Source: Balanoglossus misakiensis (lineage: Eukaryota > Animalia > Hemichordata). From it: a stretch of 64,000 nt of DNA. The DNA is taken from assembly GCA_040954595.2 (NCBI GenBank), contig CM082596.2, positions 1,331,854-1,395,853 on the forward strand. Direction: 5' to 3'. Under the pieces are notes generated by a model that saw only the letters and a list, made by a program, of their open reading frames with translations, searched no databases and was not told the DNA's origin. Below are positions 48,836 to 61,300 of the stretch, piece by piece; positions within the stretch are counted from its first letter, which is position 1, and each line of letters opens with the position of its first letter. The translations under genes were made by a program, and so were the position numbers.

Positions 48836-50760
48836 CTGCAATAAAACAGAACAGAAAAATAAAATAGTTACTTTACAGAATGTTGTTGGATTTTTTCAGT
48901 CCATGAAATAATAGCTGAAAAGACAACACATCAAGGGGAGTTTTTTAGCTTAATGGTAGTGCAGCAAATCACCTTTTTAAGAAATACCTACACGTAACTC
49001 ACTATTTGAACAGTTAAATAATAACATTACAATGTTATCGGAATTCTTGACCTCAGAGTCACAGAAAAAGTACAGGTGCAGATAGGCATTTTGGATATTT
49101 CAGTTCTGCTCACAAGTTTGTGGAAACACCACAACACACTCAGAACTCAGTGTGTGATAGATCTCAACACAAGATCCCTTCTGAATAGCTCTTAAGAAAC
49201 TTCCAAAGTTGAGTTTGATGAGGGTAAGAAAAGCTGAAGAAACTATATGTCCTGAAGACTTTACTTCTTTTGACCAAGCAGGATCCTAAACGACTTAACA
49301 ATACTCTGTGGCAATCATAAAATTTTAGTGCCATGTTGTGTAATGAAGAAATAGCCAGTCCTTGAAAAGCAACGAGTTTCCCGCAGTTAGACGCCACGAT
49401 AAAAGTTTTCAGACAATGCTGTCAATTAAATGGTGCCTCTCAGCACTGCACCTGTGCGACATTTTATGTTTATTAACAATACACATCCTCCCAACAGCCA
49501 CAAAAATTAAATATCATGACAAACGATTCTGTTTTAATTTCCAATATTCCCTCATGTATCTATGATACCATGGAGATTGGTTGTTTGGGTCATTTTGAGC
49601 AGTAATCTATTGCCTTACTCTGAAAATAACATTCAAAGTAACAAGACAACTTTGACGTGATCATAACAGTAAGCCGAGGTCAGTCATCTCGAACTCACAA
49701 ACCATCCTCCACATTCCCCTTTGGGATAGTCTCCAAAGATCATGTGAGGTACCCATTCACCATGGTTACAAGGGCATGCAGAATTCTGAGTGACCTCCCT
49801 GAGGTCATCACAGTACTTTGAAATCATGGGTATATGAACTTTTGTTTTCAACTCAAATCAATCCTTTTCATTGCCTAGCGATGTCACCAGCTGTCATTAG
49901 CAGCATCGCAGTATGCCTCAGTTTTGCACGCAATGGTTTATGTCACAACGGCTAAAGGTTGTGGTACAGTATTGTATTGCCTTTGTGAGATTACGCAGAC
50001 AGACACAGTGGCTTGCGGTCATCCCTGTAGAGACTGTCACTAGTGTCTGCTGAGATACCTGAGCTTGCCAGCCACCTGCTACGACGTTCTGACTGGGATA
50101 CATCAAAAGACCTTGTCAGACGATGTCCGCTCAGCATGATAGATGTGCGATCAATGATGGATTCTGTAACTCTTACATTACACTGAAACACTAATTGCTG
50201 ACCAAATGTTGCAAATGTGGAAGTAATGTAATTTGCTCAAATTACCATCTCAAATCTGACAGTACGAAAACACAGAGGACCTCAGAGTTTTACAGAAAAC
50301 TATATGGTTTACATGTAAACCTCCGTGCATGTACTTGCTCACACACACACCTATATAATTAAATGACCCACTTTTATCCATAAATAGCCTGTCATCACAT
50401 GAGTTTTATCAGATATATGATATATAACGTACTAAGAAATTATTTACACAACATCTGAAATATTTACAAGATTACTGCACATACATGTATGCCCTAGTTT
50501 ACCAGCATTTAAAATTCAACACCATTTGACTAGGTCGTGTTTGCCCAGAGACAATCTAAATGGATCTAGGCCAAAAGTTTAAGGTACTTTTGTGGAACTG
50601 CAATTTATACCTACAAAGGTTATCATCATTCATAACAAAGGTTTTATACCTAGGCAGGAGAATGAAATAGATATGTATGAATATTTTGATTATACTGCAA
50701 TTCAAGCCTGCTTTATAGAGAACCTTTCCTGTACTTAGGAGAAGAGGCAAAGCCATTACT

Positions 50761-50853
50761 TGAACCCTTTCACCCCCATTTCCCTATGTAGAGGTCCATC
50801 TTTACCATAGCAAACAACTGATCTGGATGAAACCACAGTGGTGAAAGGGTTAA
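50761..50853 (+). mobile_element. 93-bp piggyBac-like MITE, same family
   Basis: AACCCTTTCACC...GGTGAAAGGGTTAA. Confidence 0.7.
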
Positions 50854-53800
50854 ACTGAAATCAGAATGCACATCCTTCACACGCAAGTGCTGCATTGTAA
50901 CTGAATTTCTTTAAAACTTGGGGATAAGTCCCGCATACATCTTAAAAGCTTCCATTCAGTTCTTTTGTACTTGACTAATCAGGGATTTCTGGCAGGTGAA
51001 ATACCCACTATGTGACAAGTCGCAGAATTTACATGTGTGCATCCATACACAGGGTGACAGTGTCTTCAATTCCAAGTCTTTTCTGTACATAACACTGTGA
51101 CTGTGTTATGCAGCAGATAAAAATATTGGCCAATCGAAACAACCTCTGATTAGAAATGTTCAGTCCTACGAGCCAGTACAGCACACCATTCTAAAGCAGT
51201 TTCCAGACTAAACCTACCTGACCAGGGCGGTAGACGACAGTAGCTGCTGACATGAGCACTGTCAGTCAAAGCCCAACAAACACTTGTAGCTCTTACATTG
51301 TTACCCACAGGTTCCCCCAGTCACCCTTCACTGCCAGTCGAACATCAAGGTTGATTTCCACCATGCAATGAACTTCAATCAACCGCTGGCTTCATGAAGG
51401 CCCTTCACAGATTAATGCCTCTGTGACTCTCAGTGCGAAATACCAACAACACAACAGCAGGAATTCAAAGGCCCTGCACGGTAGTATATATTATACACCA
51501 TCTATACAGCTATAACACAATAAGCACATGCGGCTAAAAATAGATTCTAACCCTAAATACCTCTGGAAAAAAAACATGTCGCAGTGGTGACCTGTTATTT
51601 TTCACTTGGGAAAGTGGTGACCTGACTCTTACCAGCGTTTCCTAATGGAGGTACGAGCAAAGGCATCCGTCACAATTTTCTGGTGTCGTGTATTATTTTT
51701 AAGCAAGTGGGTTGCACACTACGTTGTGTCTTTAAGTGGCGAAAACCAACCAATAGAACTCTTATAGGACCAGTATATTATAACGTTCTATATCTGTTAT
51801 GTTCCACATAGACAACAAAACATACTTTTATTAACATTTTTCTCATCCCTACAGACATTGTATGGTTACTTTTCATCACTTTGACCAATTAGCTTCCTGC
51901 AACAGGTGCGTATCAAAGTTCTAACCAATGAGATAATACCTTCCAATGCACTGTGGGTCATCCCAAAACTTGATCAGGACACTGAGACACTGAGCATGAG
52001 GAGAAGGGATAGACACAGACAGCCTCAGGCAGAGAGATGAAGAGACAGACAGATCACAAATGGACAGAAACTACCTTTTCTTGTCTGTCTCACCTTGAAG
52101 ACAATGTCTGCAACTATAGTTTCTAATCCTGTGTTTCCAATGACTTTTTGGATGACTGATTTCATCCATAGTACAAGCAAAGCCGATATGAAAAACAAAA
52201 TAATGTTGGGAGTTGAATACAACCAAACAACTCAGGTATATAATCAAGAAAGAGATAAAACCAACAGAAGAATGCAGTCAACCATTTTCTGAACAAACAA
52301 ACTTTTTTCTTCCAGCTCCTCACAAAGTGTCTTTTTCTCCTTTCAGATTGGCCAAAATAACAAAATGTGCCTCCGCTTCTAAGGATGTCTTTTACAGACC
52401 GAGGAACAGCATTCACACTTTAAGTGATGTAGTACGTCAAACAAATCATGTATATCAAATTGAGATGACGTCCCACTATTTGAACCACCATGAACTGACC
52501 AGTGTATACTGACCGAACGGTTCCATCTCACTGACCGACAACAAATACGTCCGCCGGATCACTGACTGGCCTGGTCATTGGGGTATAAATTTTACTGGAC
52601 GTGAGTCTGGCCATAATATAACGGACAAAAACAGTCACTGTGTCCTACAGTTCCAACAAGTACTTACCAGATTTCAAATGATTTTGTTCATTAATAATAC
52701 CCACTTCAACAGTTTCCATGTTCAATGATGTAACTGTGTGTGTTAAGTAGACCAATTACTTATGCCAACAAAACAAAAATCGCGAAATGCAAACAGTTCA
52801 CATCGTGTTGGCTAAAGTTTGCCACCTATCAACTCAGTAACCCAGTAAGAATCCTGTTCTGCAAGCCTGCTTTCAATCTGCATGTACCATCCAAACACAT
52901 TGGGCAAATTTTCTAGAAAGTGTGTGCTGAACTGGACAGTAACACCTATCCCACAATGCCTAGCAAGATGTAGAACTATGCATGTACTACTTCCACCACA
53001 CACCAGGCAATGTATTAGGCCTTGGTCAGAAAAAAACCTAGATTCTCTTCTTGAAGGTTATGCTACTTCAGAACCACCAACCTACATACATTTCATCCTT
53101 GTACAAGTGTTTTCATTTGCCCTGATGACAGAGTAGAATTCCGGGTTTGACATACATGTACTTCATCAAATAAGACAGACACCCTATTCTCCTATATATG
53201 CCGTGAAACCAAAATGAGCAGCCAACGGGTTAAAAACTTGACCAATTAATCATAAGCTCCTTGACTTGGTTTCCAAAAGGTCCATCATTTATGAGTTAAT
53301 TTACACTGCAGCAGCTGTTCTGTGTTGATATTTTAATGACACTTGCGATTCCAGAGAACTTTCTGAGTTGCCTTGACCTAGATTTGGCAGAGACACAGCA
53401 GCTTTTATGGCATAGATCCCCTCACTGGTGGCACCTAAAAGCAATAGAACCACATAATAGCACAGAAGGTTTATTAGTCTAATAAACCCCAAGAGACAGG
53501 CGACCTGTAAAATCGGTTTTGTGTACTGTGTTTAACTTTACATCTGTGAATGTCGATCAACGCTGAACGTGTGATTTGTCTTTGCATCTGAGAATTAAAG
53601 GGGCAGATTTAGATTCTAGGTTGGAACTATTTTCTTTTCACGAAAATCTCGAGTTTTAGCAACAGTGCCAGAGAGATACCAATTTCCAAAGAGTAAAGAC
53701 ACACTGGTATGAACCACAGAACTTTACAAATGAGCCTTGGGGAAACAAGGCAGAGAACCAAACCATGAAGATGCTGTGAATTGGCCAATCCATTTCATAC

Positions 53801-54473
53801 ATTTGCATTATGAATTAAGAATAGATATCTTCATCATTCAACATTTTTATATCTCTGACCACTGACCAGACATTCTCTGCACTTTATTTCACCAAAAGCC
53901 GACTGTAATCAATCATAAGAACTTCAAAGAAGATGTGTCAAAGTAACCCTCATCTCTCCCCCACTCCTTCTGTAGTAAAAAAGTACACAGATAGTAACTA
54001 CATAGTAAACCATTACAGTATGACAATTGATCATATAACATCATATAAAAGCCATTTTTATACCCGGCGTCTTTGTAACATGAGAACTACGCCGTCTCGA
54101 ACCCCCATTCAGACCATCTCGGCTTTTATACAAATATGAGCGGCCAATACAAAGCTAATACAGCTCCCTGTGTGTTTACCCTTTTATTCAGAAAGCTTTG
54201 CAGAGGAGTTAAAACTTTCCCCTATTAAAAAGTAATTCACGCTTTGTCACTCTGTTTGTTGGGATCACAGCATTCCATTCACTCTCTGCCGTATCTCTTC
54301 GTAGCAACGACAAACTCTCAAGGTTGCTAACGCCAGCAGTATACCACCCAGTCGAGATTTGGAGGGAAATCGAAAGCTGAGTAGAGAACTGACACTTTTC
54401 AGTCAAATCTGTCATGATGCATGTCTACTTCTGCTACAGTTCTCAGAAGTAGCTAGCCTGGTACAAGTCCAGC

Positions 54474-54574
54474 GCTAGAACTAGATCTGCGTGACAGGGC
54501 TGTGTGTCTTATAGCAATGCAGAGGCATCACTGTAAGACACACAGCCCAGCTGCCACACAGACCTAGTGCTAGC
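54474..54574. repeat. Hairpin-forming inverted repeat, about 50-bp arms and 4-nt loop
   Basis: GGGCTGTGTGTCTTATAG pairs with CTGTAAGACACACAGCCC and pairing extends to GCTAG...CTAGC. Confidence 0.8.
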
Positions 54575-57500
54575 CCTACGTACGTGCCAGCACAGTACTA
54601 GCACAGTTCTAGTCCAAAAACTACATGTATGCCCTGTGATAGTCAACTGTACTTTTGTGCCGTGCTTATCATGTTAGTTATGATCACACACAATCAAACA
54701 TCTATGCATCCATTGAACACATGTACATTACACATCTCCATCATCATATTACCACTCCATAAAAGATGGATTATCTTGATGGATCATTTCATCACCATAG
54801 TAACTAACTAGATTAATGAAGCTAGGCTGGATTACAGCCGTCCCTATTTCATTTCAATTTCCCAATTACACAATGTAATACTTGATCTCTTCACAATATC
54901 AAATACCCTGCGAGCTATTGTGCCAACATTTACTTCAACAATATTTCCTCACAAAATATCAAAGTTCAAGCCAAGGTTTATCATGGATGCACTTGTAAGC
55001 ATAGTCTAGTAGTAGTCTAGACTAGACTATGGTAAGCATGGCTGAGTAGATTGGGAGAAAACAACACACTAGAATATATGTTGTATAAGGTTTGTGAATG
55101 TATGTGGTTTGTTAAGGTATAGAGTGGTGAACCTGACATGCCACACGTACACATGTCAATTGTCATACAAGCGCTGAGTGGCTTCAGACAGTTTATGAGC
55201 GATAAACAAATCACGATGGCTATCATGAGAGACTGTTTTAACGGTTAATTGATTGTGATGTAATATACTCTGTCCAACAATAGCAAGAAGAAGGTTTGAT
55301 TGGTGTCTTGAACTACACAGGCAATTGATACATCTATCGATAAAGTAACGAACATCTGCTTCATTTCCCTCTCTCATAAAAAACAATTAGATGACTTTGA
55401 GAAAAAACTTGTCTACAGCTTTTTAAGACTTCTTTCCTAAAAAGTTTTTGACCCGCAAAGTGAGTCCTACATCCGTAACTGATAACATCATCAACAGATA
55501 CAATTACAGTTATCAGATCCCCTGTCAGAAAGCAGAACTGAGTCTTTTCTTTCAATCTCTATGCTTTACTGATTTTTTGTCTATGCTTCCTTGGTTCTGT
55601 TTTGCCGTTCTGATGGTCAATTTCTCCTGCGTTTTGGACACCGTCATACTCCCGTGATGGCCGTGACCCCAACGTGACCCTGATTAACATGTAACTATGT
55701 AATCCGTTCAGACCAAGCAATCTCATCAGTTTAAGTGGAAATCAACAAACGCAAGACCACAGCTGTTCCAAATGAATACCTTGAAAATTGCAGACTGTTG
55801 GCAAACATAATAATCATATTAACTTACAACATAATTAACTCATCAATCAGTGCTAGTCAATGAGTTTCCACTACAGATCCTAACTTTCTGCCGACCGAAC
55901 TGGGTACGAAAGAGTCTACGGATCGAAGTTACAGACAACATCACTGCTGTTAAAAGTGCTAGAATCTCAACTCACATGTGGTGACCAAAACCTCTGATTT
56001 CACGAAAGTTACGGACCAATTCACTTTGTGTATGACACAAAACAGAAATCTGAAATCAACAACAAGGGATTAACCAGAGCGATGTTGTCGATGTTTTCAC
56101 CACAAAGATTCTATAGCTCTAACCTGTCTGTAGGCAGTTCATCCGAAGGCCATAGGTCAAAAAGCTTTTAGAAAAGACCACAACTCAACCAAGGTGGTCA
56201 TTCCTACACTCCTTGGGGTCTCTAAAATAAAACTTGGCTCGAATTCAACTTTTTTTTATACTCCATGCTGTTTTTTAGCTATTGAAAGACTTCAACAGGG
56301 TTTAGTGTGGTTTACAGAAAGCGAGAACAATTTTCAAAATCACTTGGATCAAAAGGTGTGTGTTTATATGTCTGTCTCGATCGTGCTCTGACTACCAAGG
56401 TTCACAAACTCAAAATTCCAGAACTTTCCCAGGTATTGGAGTCAGAAGCCTGGCTAGAGTGAGCTACAAATGAGATTAGTGAGCAAGAGACTGTGATTTG
56501 CAAAGGAGGTATTATATGATTAGTCAGTGGTATGGATTTTTGCACCAATCAATAGATACAGATGTTCACACACCACTTTCCTGAGATTCATTCTGCATTC
56601 AGCATTTTATTGATCTATTTTTGCAAGTTATATTATCAATATGGGCAACACTTCTATGACATGTATACTGTCCACATTTGATGCACCACATTAAATCGCA
56701 AATCCCACTCAAAAACTTCATAAAGACATACAGGCCCAATAGAGTTTACACCAAATATGTGTAAAGCCCTGGGAATTAAAACAATAACAGAGAGATCCAA
56801 GCTGACTGTATCTCAGTGTCAAAGGCCAAGTGCCGCTTGATGTCATAGATCGCATTCACAAAATCGCCATTGTGTGGTTTCGGGGTACTGCAGGTATGCT
56901 TAAAAATTGATAAATTGTCCGTTTTATTTACAAGCCAAGGAGATCAGTTCATTTTATCTCTCTGCATAATCCTAATTGGCTATTTATCATCTGTACTAAC
57001 TCAGTTCAAACACAAAAACATCATGTACATTGTACATGAAATTCACATGAAATTGACAACTCTGATCTCATACATCCACACGGAAGTTTTGAACAAGGTG
57101 TTTTTCTAACATTCACTCCTCCAAAGCAATCGAGGTAAACGATAAATAAACCGAAAATCACTCTTACTTTTCACCTTCATCCATTGGAATATGAGACTCC
57201 ATGAGTACCAGACTTGGTGTTTCACATTTTAGGGCGAGTACAGTCTTTCCAGAGGCCAGCTTTCACAACGGTCAGAAAGTTACTAACTTTTACCTTTTGT
57301 ACGGACAGCTGACCAATCTGAATAGGGCACTTTTTTTGATGTGTCACTGTCCGATTCCCTCAAACAATACCCGGACTAACTTTCTGTTAGATGCTTATGT
57401 GTGAATTGAGTGTGCGTACAATAGTTTTGTACAAAGTGATCTGATTCAGCCATTGTGGCCACAAGTGGGTCACTTTGTCTCTCGGGAATTATCTCTCCTT

Positions 57501-58244
57501 AATGCAAAGCCCAACGGGGATCACTTCCTGGCCGTAAAACATGCAGAACAAAATTTCAGGAATAGTGCAAGTAATGATAACCACCTTCGTCGGCGAATCC
57601 CCCGACATACCAAACATTTTGTGGGTAGGGTACATGTCACAGACTTCAGCTGGAACATGCTCTGATTCAGTGAATGTAGGGTATTAGCACCAAGTCCGGT
57701 TTTCCTGTCGACTGGCGGCCAATTTGGATTTTCTCTCTGAATGGAGCCAGACTAAACGCCAGACAAGCCATTACCCCGGAATAAAGGATTAAGGTAGATG
57801 GCATCTTGAGGAAAGAATTTCAGGGGACTCAAAAGTTCTTGAATGTACCCTATTATTTTGCTTGCAAGTAAAACCTGTCTAAACCGTACACCACAGGGAT
57901 TGAAGAGAATGTTCGGTTTGCAGAGGTGTCCATTCTAGAGGTTCTTTTAACGTGGTTCTATATGGAAGGGATGTTCAGTATAGATCAAAATACATGAAAA
58001 AGTTTGACTGTCAAGGCATTAACAGCATTATTATCTTCATTTTCATCTTCATATTCTGTTACTTATTTCAATATGTTAGTCATTACTTTAGTGGTAAACG
58101 CACATTTAGTTTAGAATTGATTGTACATGTACTGAATTGAAGACATCATCAATTTTATGGCCATTCAAGAGTAAAAGGAAGGTCACACCACAATACATCT
58201 ATAGGTTAAACAGCGGTACCATAAGTACCAATGCCACCTTGGCT

Positions 58245-58324
58245 CCAATTAGCATAACGTCCAATCACAAACAATGGACCCTCGAGTCCATTAGCATACC
58301 GTCCAATTACTAACAATGAACCCT
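58245..58324. repeat. Local tandem duplication, about 43 bp
   Basis: TTAGCATA(A/C)CGTCCAAT...AACAATG(G/A)ACCCT twice. Confidence 0.7.
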
Positions 58325-61300
58325 ACACTGTGTAATGACTCTTGTATAGCCCGCTGACAATTGACACGAAGCTAACTTGAATGTCTAGAGCTTGTTATCC
58401 CTGCCACTACTTCCCTGTATGACTCACACTAACAGATGTAACACGGCAATACTACACACGCCAAGCAACAACATCCGACACAACTTCTTGCGTTCTATTT
58501 TTATTGAACAGTCATCACGAGACTCTCATCAATTACTCTGGCCTCATTCTGAAAATCAATTTATGATTCAACATCAAAATTGTGTCACGTGAATTTCAGA
58601 CTGATGAAAAATATAACAGTGGATAATCTTTGTATTCACATAATATAACTCTTGATACAAGCAATGGCTAAATTATTTACATTCATTTTCAGTACTATTC
58701 TCTTATCAACAAACAAGTCTTGGAGTGCAATTTCTCTGATATTCATACACACATACACAGTCTAAACAGTTTATCTAGGATATGAATCATGTATTAAAAC
58801 TTGATATTTTACAAGAACATCACACATGAATGTTTTATAGGACCTACAGGAAATATAATAACCATTTCAACTTCGATATTTAGTTCAAAATTACTCTGAT
58901 AAGAAGTCTATTTGCTTTCGATGCACAGACCAGTTTATTAGATTGTGTACTGAAATGACCCTGCGATCTAATTTTAACTAAAAGCTGCTGTTTTTAGGCA
59001 GAAACATCTGTGACAGCAAACGTATCATTTTGCATTACATGTAATATACCAGGGTAGTGCAATTTATAACTATATTTATAACAGGCGAGCTGTACACTTT
59101 ATCATGTTTATCATTCTTTCATCCAAACCATCAAACCATGGACAACCTGGTGTTTGGACACTTGACTTGGTGTACACATGATGCATAAGTACATGACTGT
59201 ACATAATGACATTCGAAAATAGACGTAGTAATATCTGATCTACACTTGCCATTTTTTCTTCATTTTGCTTTGCTTGTGTGTGACATTCTGACATTCAAAC
59301 TATTCTGCATATTCAAAATTTGATGGTAGGTGAGAATAGTGCAACAGTGACCTACAAGTCTGTAAAACTGACACAATACTGACTGCCCTGCACCATGTCG
59401 TTATTCAATCTAACCATCTGTTGCAGTGTGTATCGCAGACAAACAGACAAATATTGCCGCGCTTACAAATTACTTTCATTAAATATTAGCCATTTTGTTA
59501 CACAGCCGCTATTCAAATGACTTCAATACGTCATGGATCACTATGTGTATTTAATCTTGCCTGTTCAAAGCTGTAAACCCCTCTCTGAGCAAAAATGTCA
59601 CAGTGCACTACCCTGGGTGTCTAGCACAAGGCATAACATTGCTCCCCACGCAACCACTCTCCTGCAAGATATAAAATAGAACGTGACCAAGTGTGTTACC
59701 GCTAGCAACACCTGTCCACTGGATATGATACGATCACAACTGATGGCCTTCAACACAAAGCACGTCTCTGACAGTGATAAATCACCCAGAGCTTTACGTT
59801 TCCAAGTCTGACCTGTCTCTGTTATCTATTTTTATCCCCTCAAATATCAGTCGTAATCTTATCACATCATTCAAACATTTCAGAGTAGTCCATCTATTAT
59901 TCCTATAAGATTCAATACAAACACTAACCCATCTCCTCAGAGTCAGTGAGTGTCTTCTCTATCATATTTATTTTTTCGTCTGAGAGGGAATTGTCAATGT
60001 TTATATATTCCCTTGTGAGTTTACTTCTGATGTCTCCAATTTTCTATCATAGGTCCTTCACTGTCTGTTTCTGTTACCAGTGTTGGCCAAACTGTCTCCA
60101 TCTATCACCACACATCATGTACTGCTTCATACTCAGCCTCATGGAAATACACTTGAAGATTTGCATCAAACGTATATGACTCGAACCGAGTACCTCCATG
60201 GTGTCTTTCATGAGAAACTCGCAACACCACCTGAACTTAAAAAAGACCATCCGCATTGTTTAATCAGAGGATGAGTACGAGTGTGTAAATATCACCAGGT
60301 TCCCTACTCATTTTAAATTCAGTTCCCCACTGACATACGTGTACCTACTGCATGAACACTATAATTCTGTTACCATACTTCCCAGTGCAGTTATAGAACA
60401 ATATTTATGATCATCTCTTGGTTGACAAGCCACCTGTTGATGGACTGTGTTGTATAAAGGCTGATTAGACCAACTACACAAAATGCAAAATAACCCAGCA
60501 AAGTCACACATGATCTGGAAACATATCATTTGGAGAAGTCATTTTTTTTCATAATGTCCATGATTGAAATGTCAAATATTCTCCATCACTTCTTCATTTC
60601 ATTCGAGTTTTAACCATTCACGTCAAGAACCTATTGCCATAGCAACTTCCTCTCTCTTCTGTTGCATCCCTTGACTTCTCATCATCTCTCTTAAAATGAC
60701 AGATATGACAGAAACAAACAGTCCTTACAGACCATATGCATTTGTTTCAGCCAAGTAGGCATATACATGTATAATGCCTTAAAATCAGACCAGACTGACG
60801 ATATTATCATGGTGATGACCAGCATATTTTTTTATTTCAACACAACATATACTCTCGCAAAGACTAACAGAATCAACAAACCCCAGCTTGCACGGACTTC
60901 ATACAATGAAACCGTGAGCAAATGACACATTGTCGTCATCACGTATTTTGTTATTCCATTACGCCGAGAGACACATGCCGTACTTTGGACGGATCAGTCA
61001 AACCAAATCACTGGGATTATTGGGTTATTCATACTTTAGCAGAATTGTAAAGGAAAGTGGTTACAGATGTGACTTTATTATTCAATAGAATTCTTCTCAG
61101 AACCAACGCTATCTGAACAATCCAGTCACATTTCTGTGAATCGATTACTATCACTCTTGATTCAAAGGGTCAATATATCATCTTATCTTTGTGTGACTAT
61201 TTAAAATGTTGTACAGACACACGACATGTAGCAAGCCTCATAATAACAGATCTACAATAAAAATACACACTTCCAACAGGCATTATGGGAAATGTCACTA

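Noticed and set aside
51218-51253. ATG-initiated mini-exon MSAATVVYRPGQ|gtaggt (similar cases near 42180 and 55780)
   Set aside because: Phase 0 or 2, incompatible with the phase-1 acceptor at 37618; it also shows that such patterns arise by chance.
100-58430. Scattered AP-1 sites (TGACTCA) suggesting MAPK feedback
   Set aside because: The count by eye is not clearly above what base composition predicts for a 7-mer in 64 kb.
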